26,806 nt of DNA from a virus, in the IMG/VR virus record IMGVR_UViG_3300037400_003307, positions 1 through 26,806 of that record. One strand, 5' to 3'. The notes beneath the pieces are model-generated. The model was not told the origin of the DNA. It saw nothing but the letters and a program-made list of their open reading frames with translations, and did not search any database. This document shows, in pieces, positions 23,958 to 26,806 of the stretch. The translations under genes and the position numbers were made by a program. The stretch's first letter is position 1. Each line of letters starts with the position of its first letter.

Positions 23958-24042
23958 GGCAGGGGAAAAGTTCTATAGAGGGATTTTTAAAAACGAGCGA
24001 AGCGAAGTTTTTAAAAAGACCGATAAACCCTCCCCAACTGCC
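23958..24042 (-). promoter_or_regulatory. Multi-tiered inverted-repeat element in the 5' region of the GIY-YIG/packaging operon
   Basis: Perfect 11-bp IR TTTTTAAAAAC (23984-23994) / GTTTTTAAAAA (24007-24017) around GAGCGAAGCGAA. The flanking pairings GAGGG (23978-23982)/CCCTC (24028-24032) and GGCAGGGGA (23958-23966)/TCCCC-aa-CTGCC (24031-42) partly exclude each other. The arms are locally GC-rich in AT-rich DNA. Confidence 0.5.
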
Positions 24043-24115
24043 TCTTTATATATAAAAATTAGGACATATACTTTAATCCACTTTGTCCAACTTACAGAAA
24101 ATTATTTTTCCTCAT

Positions 24116-24142
24116 AAAAAAAGACACAGTCTTACAGTGTCT
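24116..24142 (-). terminator. Rho-independent terminator after the RHH gene
   Basis: Minus-strand AGACACTGT aag ACTGTGTCT (one mismatch) followed by T7 (A7 at 24116-24122 on the plus strand). Confidence 0.6.
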
Positions 24143-24172
24143 GACAAATAGCATCTATAACCAAGCCCGCAA

Positions 24173-24364
24173 CTATTCAGGTAGACCTGGTTTCTTTCCT
24201 TTCTTAATATCATCTTTCTCTTCAAGATTATAAGTCTTTTTAAGAGCTATACGGATTAAATTAGATACAGTCATTCCTCTCTCCTGGACATATTCACAAA
24301 CTGTATCATAAAACTCTTCCGTGCATTTCATCCCAAGAGTCTTTCTTAAATATTTATTCTCCAT
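24173..24364 (-). CDS. Ribbon-helix-helix (CopG/Arc-like) DNA-binding protein, putative
   Basis: KTLGMKCTEEFYDTVCEYVQERGMTVSNLIRIALKK fits a beta-strand, helix, helix pattern (..s.s.liR.Al). GGAGG RBS. It overlaps the HNH gene end by 11 nt. Confidence 0.5.
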   Translation of the reverse strand: MENKYLRKTLGMKCTEEFYDTVCEYVQERGMTVSNLIRIALKKTYNLEEKDDIKKGKKPGLPE

Positions 24365-24854
24365 TTACAAACCTCCATTTATATCCTTGTGTTGACATTG
24401 CCTTTCCATTGCAACACATTGAGATTCTTGTCTTTTCTGCGCCAGTTTGTCTAGAAGCTTCACTAATAGAAGGATAAGTCGCTACAACTACTCCTTGTTT
24501 AGTTAATTGCTCTACTGGTTTACTTCTTTTTAAAGCGGATCTTTGACTCCCAGTTCCATATCTAATATTTTCTAATTTAGAGCACCAACAAAGATTACTT
24601 AAATTGTTATTTGTCTTGCACTCATCAAGATGATTCACCTCTAAATCTTCCATTCCTTCTACTGGATTAAATGTTTCTAAAACTAATCTATGCACTCTTC
24701 TCTGGTCTTTGTGATAATCAACAACCAGTCCCACTTTTAAATAACCATGAGTATCTCCCCAAGGTTTTAAAAATTTATTTCTTCTGTAACTCCAAACTTG
24801 TCCTTCTTCGGTAACGGCATATAACCCCTCATAACCTTTAATATCTTTTAGCAT
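24354..24854 (-). CDS. HNH homing endonuclease (NUMOD4 + HNH_3 + C-terminal IENR/NUMOD1-like HTH)
   Basis: IKGYEGLYAVTEEGQVWS is the NUMOD4 motif. HRLVLETF...VNHLDECKTNNNLSNLCW is the HNH core. SISEASRQTGAEKTRISMCCNGK...GYKWRF is the HTH module. The track start at 24875 is a TTG. I prefer the ATG at 24854, which has AAGGAG 8 nt upstream. Confidence 0.8.
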   Translation of the reverse strand: MLKDIKGYEGLYAVTEEGQVWSYRRNKFLKPWGDTHGYLKVGLVVDYHKDQRRVHRLVLETFNPVEGMEDLEVNHLDECKTNNNLSNLCWCSKLENIRYGTGSQRSALKRSKPVEQLTKQGVVVATYPSISEASRQTGAEKTRISMCCNGKAMSTQGYKWRFVNGE

Positions 24855-24973
24855 TTGTCTTTTCTCCTTTTTCAAAAAAAATTTTTTTCGAGAGTTTTCC
24901 TCTCACTAAAACTTGAAAAGTGGAAAAGATCGCCAAATCGGTTTTGTCCAAAAAGTTAGAAAAATTTTTAGAT

Positions 24974-25008
24974 AAAAAAAAGAGTTGAACTCATAAGAAT
25001 TCAACTCT
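24974..25008 (-). terminator. Strong minus-strand intrinsic terminator inside the control region, upstream of the HNH gene
   Basis: Minus-strand AGAGTTGAA ttcttatgag TTCAACTCT followed by T8. It is not terminator-like on the plus strand. Confidence 0.65.
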
Positions 25009-25296
25009 AGATTGAAAGGATGAATAGCAAATGTCTAATATATTATTTAGATCATCTGGTGTCTAGTGAAATAATGCCTGAAAAAATGTAAATCTTATTT
25101 CACATAAGTATATAGAAACAACAATAGATAAATTATCAATTTATGTCCCAGCTAATTTAATTTTCTTATACTTATGTGAAAGAGAGTAAAAGGAGTATAT
25201 AATCATTCTTTCATCTCATTTCAAAAATATTTTACAAAAAATTTTTTTCAAAGTCAAACAACCGATCAGCTTAACAGGCCTGGCCGCATACTCATT

Positions 25297-25325
25297 TTGA
25301 TTTTTAAAAAAATTTTTAGTATAAT
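25297..25325 (+). promoter_or_regulatory. Sigma-70-type promoter for a leaderless transcript of the 60-aa ORF
   Basis: TTGATT (25297-25302), 17 nt, TATAAT (25320-25325). The ATG at 25332 lies 7 nt after the -10 box and has no Shine-Dalgarno. Confidence 0.45.
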
Positions 25326-25331
25326 ATAAAT

Positions 25332-25514
25332 ATGAAATACAGAGAGATGAGGAATCAAGAAAATATTCGGGTTAGGCTGGGTCCCGATTATGTGGAATTA
25401 TCTATAAAAGATGAAAGAAAGTGTTTAACTAAACGCTTTAGCTATGAACAATTAAAACAAATTTCAGATAGGCAGATTTTGTTAAATTCCTTACTAGAAG
25501 AGTGGAATAAATAA
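25332..25514 (+). CDS. Hypothetical 60-aa protein (possibly leaderless; candidate regulator)
   Basis: The ORF is framed by the promoter above and by an intrinsic terminator that overlaps its last codons. Confidence 0.45.
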   Translation: MKYREMRNQENIRVRLGPDYVELSIKDERKCLTKRFSYEQLKQISDRQILLNSLLEEWNK

Positions 25515-25529
25515 TTTCCACTCTTTTTT
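25500..25529 (+). terminator. Rho-independent terminator of the 60-aa ORF
   Basis: GAGTGGAA (25500-25507) taaataat TTCCACTC (25516-25523) followed by T6. Confidence 0.7.
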
Positions 25530-25589
25530 ATTGCTTCTTTTCTTCTTCTGGATTACAATTAGATTACTATTCCAGAAGGAGGCAATACT

Positions 25590-25778
25590 ATGAAAATCAC
25601 ATTAGATCTTGATACCAACATTATCACAGTCCCAAAGAACTATTTTAAAATCATTGATAAGCAGAATGAGCTCATCACAAAGATGGGTGGAGAGAAGGTT
25701 AAACCTCTCGATCTCATCCAGAAGTCATTCGAAATAGCAATGTCTGACACAGATAAATATCTTCACACCAGACAATAA
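25590..25778 (+). CDS. Hypothetical 62-aa protein
   Basis: ATG 7 nt after AAGGAGG (25576-25582), followed by a hairpin terminator. No motif recognised. Confidence 0.55.
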   Translation: MKITLDLDTNIITVPKNYFKIIDKQNELITKMGGEKVKPLDLIQKSFEIAMSDTDKYLHTRQ

Positions 25779-25780
25779 AA

Positions 25781-25809
25781 AAAGACCCAGCTATCAAAGT
25801 TGGGTCTTT
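25781..25809. terminator. Hairpin terminator between convergent genes (strong for int on the minus strand, weaker for the plus strand)
   Basis: AAAGACCCA (25781-25789), 11-nt loop, TGGGTCTTT (25801-25809). On the minus strand it is followed by a U-rich run (TTTTTTTATTG). It starts 4 nt after the int stop. Confidence 0.7.
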
Positions 25810-25812
25810 AAT

Positions 25813-26709
25813 CTATATTAAGTTTTGTAATGGAGATAAAGAGTCATAATTCTTCATCAATTCAGTATCGTAAATGCGGCAATAGTGTTTTGTCATATCA
25901 AGAGTCGAATGGCCCAAGATTCTTTGTAGATCAAATGCGTTTCCACCTGCCCGCAAATACCTTTCAGCAAATGAATGCCTAAACAAATGAATTGAAGTCT
26001 TTTCAACACCTCTTTTTCTGTTGTATCTTCGAATGGCTTCAGACAAACCATTCTCTGTCATTTGTTCTTCATTCTCTTTTGGAAAGAGAAAATCAGTTTG
26101 AGAGCCTCCTCTTACCTTTAAATAATCCTTCAATATTTTCTTCATCTCCTGGCACAAAGGCACAATTTGAGAAGAACCATTCTTTGTATGTCTATAACTT
26201 ATTATCCCTTCATCCAGATTGATATCTTGAACTCTTATATTGCGGATAGTAGCAGCTCTGCAACCAGAGTTAAGCAATAGATTAATGATGACCCAATTCC
26301 TATATTCACAGAAAGTGCAAGTTTTCCGATCGGGTCTCTTTAAAAGCTTAACAAGTTCTTCATCAGTGTAAGTTGTTTTGATTGACTCCTGGCCTTTATA
26401 TTTCTTGATTTTAAGATCGGTTAATCCTTCATCATTACACCAAGAAAGAAAAGATTGGAGTGTTGCTGTGTAGCTTCTAATTGAATTAGGAGACAAACCC
26501 CTATTTCTCAAAGTAAGAACAATATTTTCTAAATCTCTTTTGGAAAGCTCTTCAATTTGCTTTTCCACAGCTAATTCCTTGCTAATTGTATGGAACTGCT
26601 GTGAATATGTCTGAAGAGTTTTATTCCTTATTCCATTTGCTCTTTTAGAGTTAATAAAATCTTCAAAAGTTTCCTCGACTGATTTTGATACTGGTTTCAT
26701 TGTAATCAT
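25813..26709 (-). CDS. int: Tyrosine site-specific integrase (XerC/D-like phage integrase family)
   Basis: SAM-like N-domain (TFEDFINSKRANGIRNKTLQTYSQQF). Catalytic signature SGCRAATIRN (Arg), HLFRHSFAERY (H-x-x-R), LGHSTLDMTKHY (His/Tyr). It sits next to the tRNA-like attP. GGAGG RBS. Confidence 0.9.
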   Translation of the reverse strand: MITMKPVSKSVEETFEDFINSKRANGIRNKTLQTYSQQFHTISKELAVEKQIEELSKRDLENIVLTLRNRGLSPNSIRSYTATLQSFLSWCNDEGLTDLKIKKYKGQESIKTTYTDEELVKLLKRPDRKTCTFCEYRNWVIINLLLNSGCRAATIRNIRVQDINLDEGIISYRHTKNGSSQIVPLCQEMKKILKDYLKVRGGSQTDFLFPKENEEQMTENGLSEAIRRYNRKRGVEKTSIHLFRHSFAERYLRAGGNAFDLQRILGHSTLDMTKHYCRIYDTELMKNYDSLSPLQNLI

Positions 26710-26806
26710 AATTAAAGACCTCCTGACTCCTTATAAATAAGCTTCTAGTCAAGAGGTCTTTAACCTCAATAAAGTATTGAAAATCCTAGTTGGTGGAGCG
26801 TACGAG
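26680..26806. repeat. Second copy of the 127-nt terminal overlap (equals nt 1-127)
   Basis: Identical by eye to nt 1-127. Confidence 0.9.

Noticed and set aside
24855-24875. TTG start at 24875 for the HNH gene (track coordinates 24354-24875)
   Set aside because: The TTG lies inside the A8T7 tract and has no RBS. The in-frame ATG at 24854 has AAGGAG at proper spacing and is followed immediately by the NUMOD4 motif.
25020-25190. 56-aa plus-strand ORF (MNSKCLIYYLDHLVSSEIMPEKNV...) spanning the inverted repeats of the control region
   Set aside because: The GG of the only SD-like sequence abuts the ATG, so the spacing is zero. The composition looks like translated AT-rich spacer, and the ORF coincides with the structured repeats. 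I cannot exclude it; conservation or ribosome profiling would decide.
1-26806. CRISPR array, rRNA genes or transposase/IS elements
   Set aside because: I saw no regularly spaced direct repeats with unique spacers, no rRNA-like sequence and no transposase-like ORF. The tandem repeats present are in-frame coding repeats of the fibre genes.

Overview
The window is a complete, circularly closed genome of a temperate, siphovirus-like phage or excised prophage. nt 1-127 are identical to nt 26680-26806, which I read as an assembly overlap, so the unique length is 26,679 nt. The DNA is AT-rich by eye (G+C not computed). Nearly every gene has an AGGAGG-type Shine-Dalgarno and ATGA/TAATG stop-start coupling, which suggests a Bacillota-type Gram-positive host. 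Almost all genes lie on the minus strand. In transcription order (high to low coordinates) they are:
- tyrosine integrase
- HNH (NUMOD4) endonuclease, RHH protein, GIY-YIG nuclease
- TerS, a 75-aa ORF, TerL, portal, an 80-aa ORF, MuF-like head protein, scaffold, major capsid protein
- head-tail connector and head-closure protein
- an inserted five-gene fibre cluster with collagen-like, YadA-head-like and tandem-repeat proteins
- gp10-like protein, a 65-aa ORF, tail-terminator-like protein, major tail protein, tail chaperone
- an 80-aa ORF sitting where a tape measure gene belongs
- a 2,953-aa ORF (one third of the genome) whose N-terminus reads as a distal-tail-protein (Dit) N-domain
- a separate 116-aa Dit C-domain ORF and a 346-aa Tal-like tail-tip protein
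- an attP region with a degenerate tRNA-Ala(GGC)-like 3' segment and repeated 12-nt motifs

Only two small genes are on the plus strand. They face a structured, AT-rich 450-nt control region. I could not recognise a tape measure protein, a lysis cassette, a replication module or a CI/Cro-type repressor. The main candidates for novelty are the giant split-Dit adhesin, the missing tape measure and the RNA-structure-rich control regions. All product calls rest on motif recognition by eye and on synteny. No searches were run.
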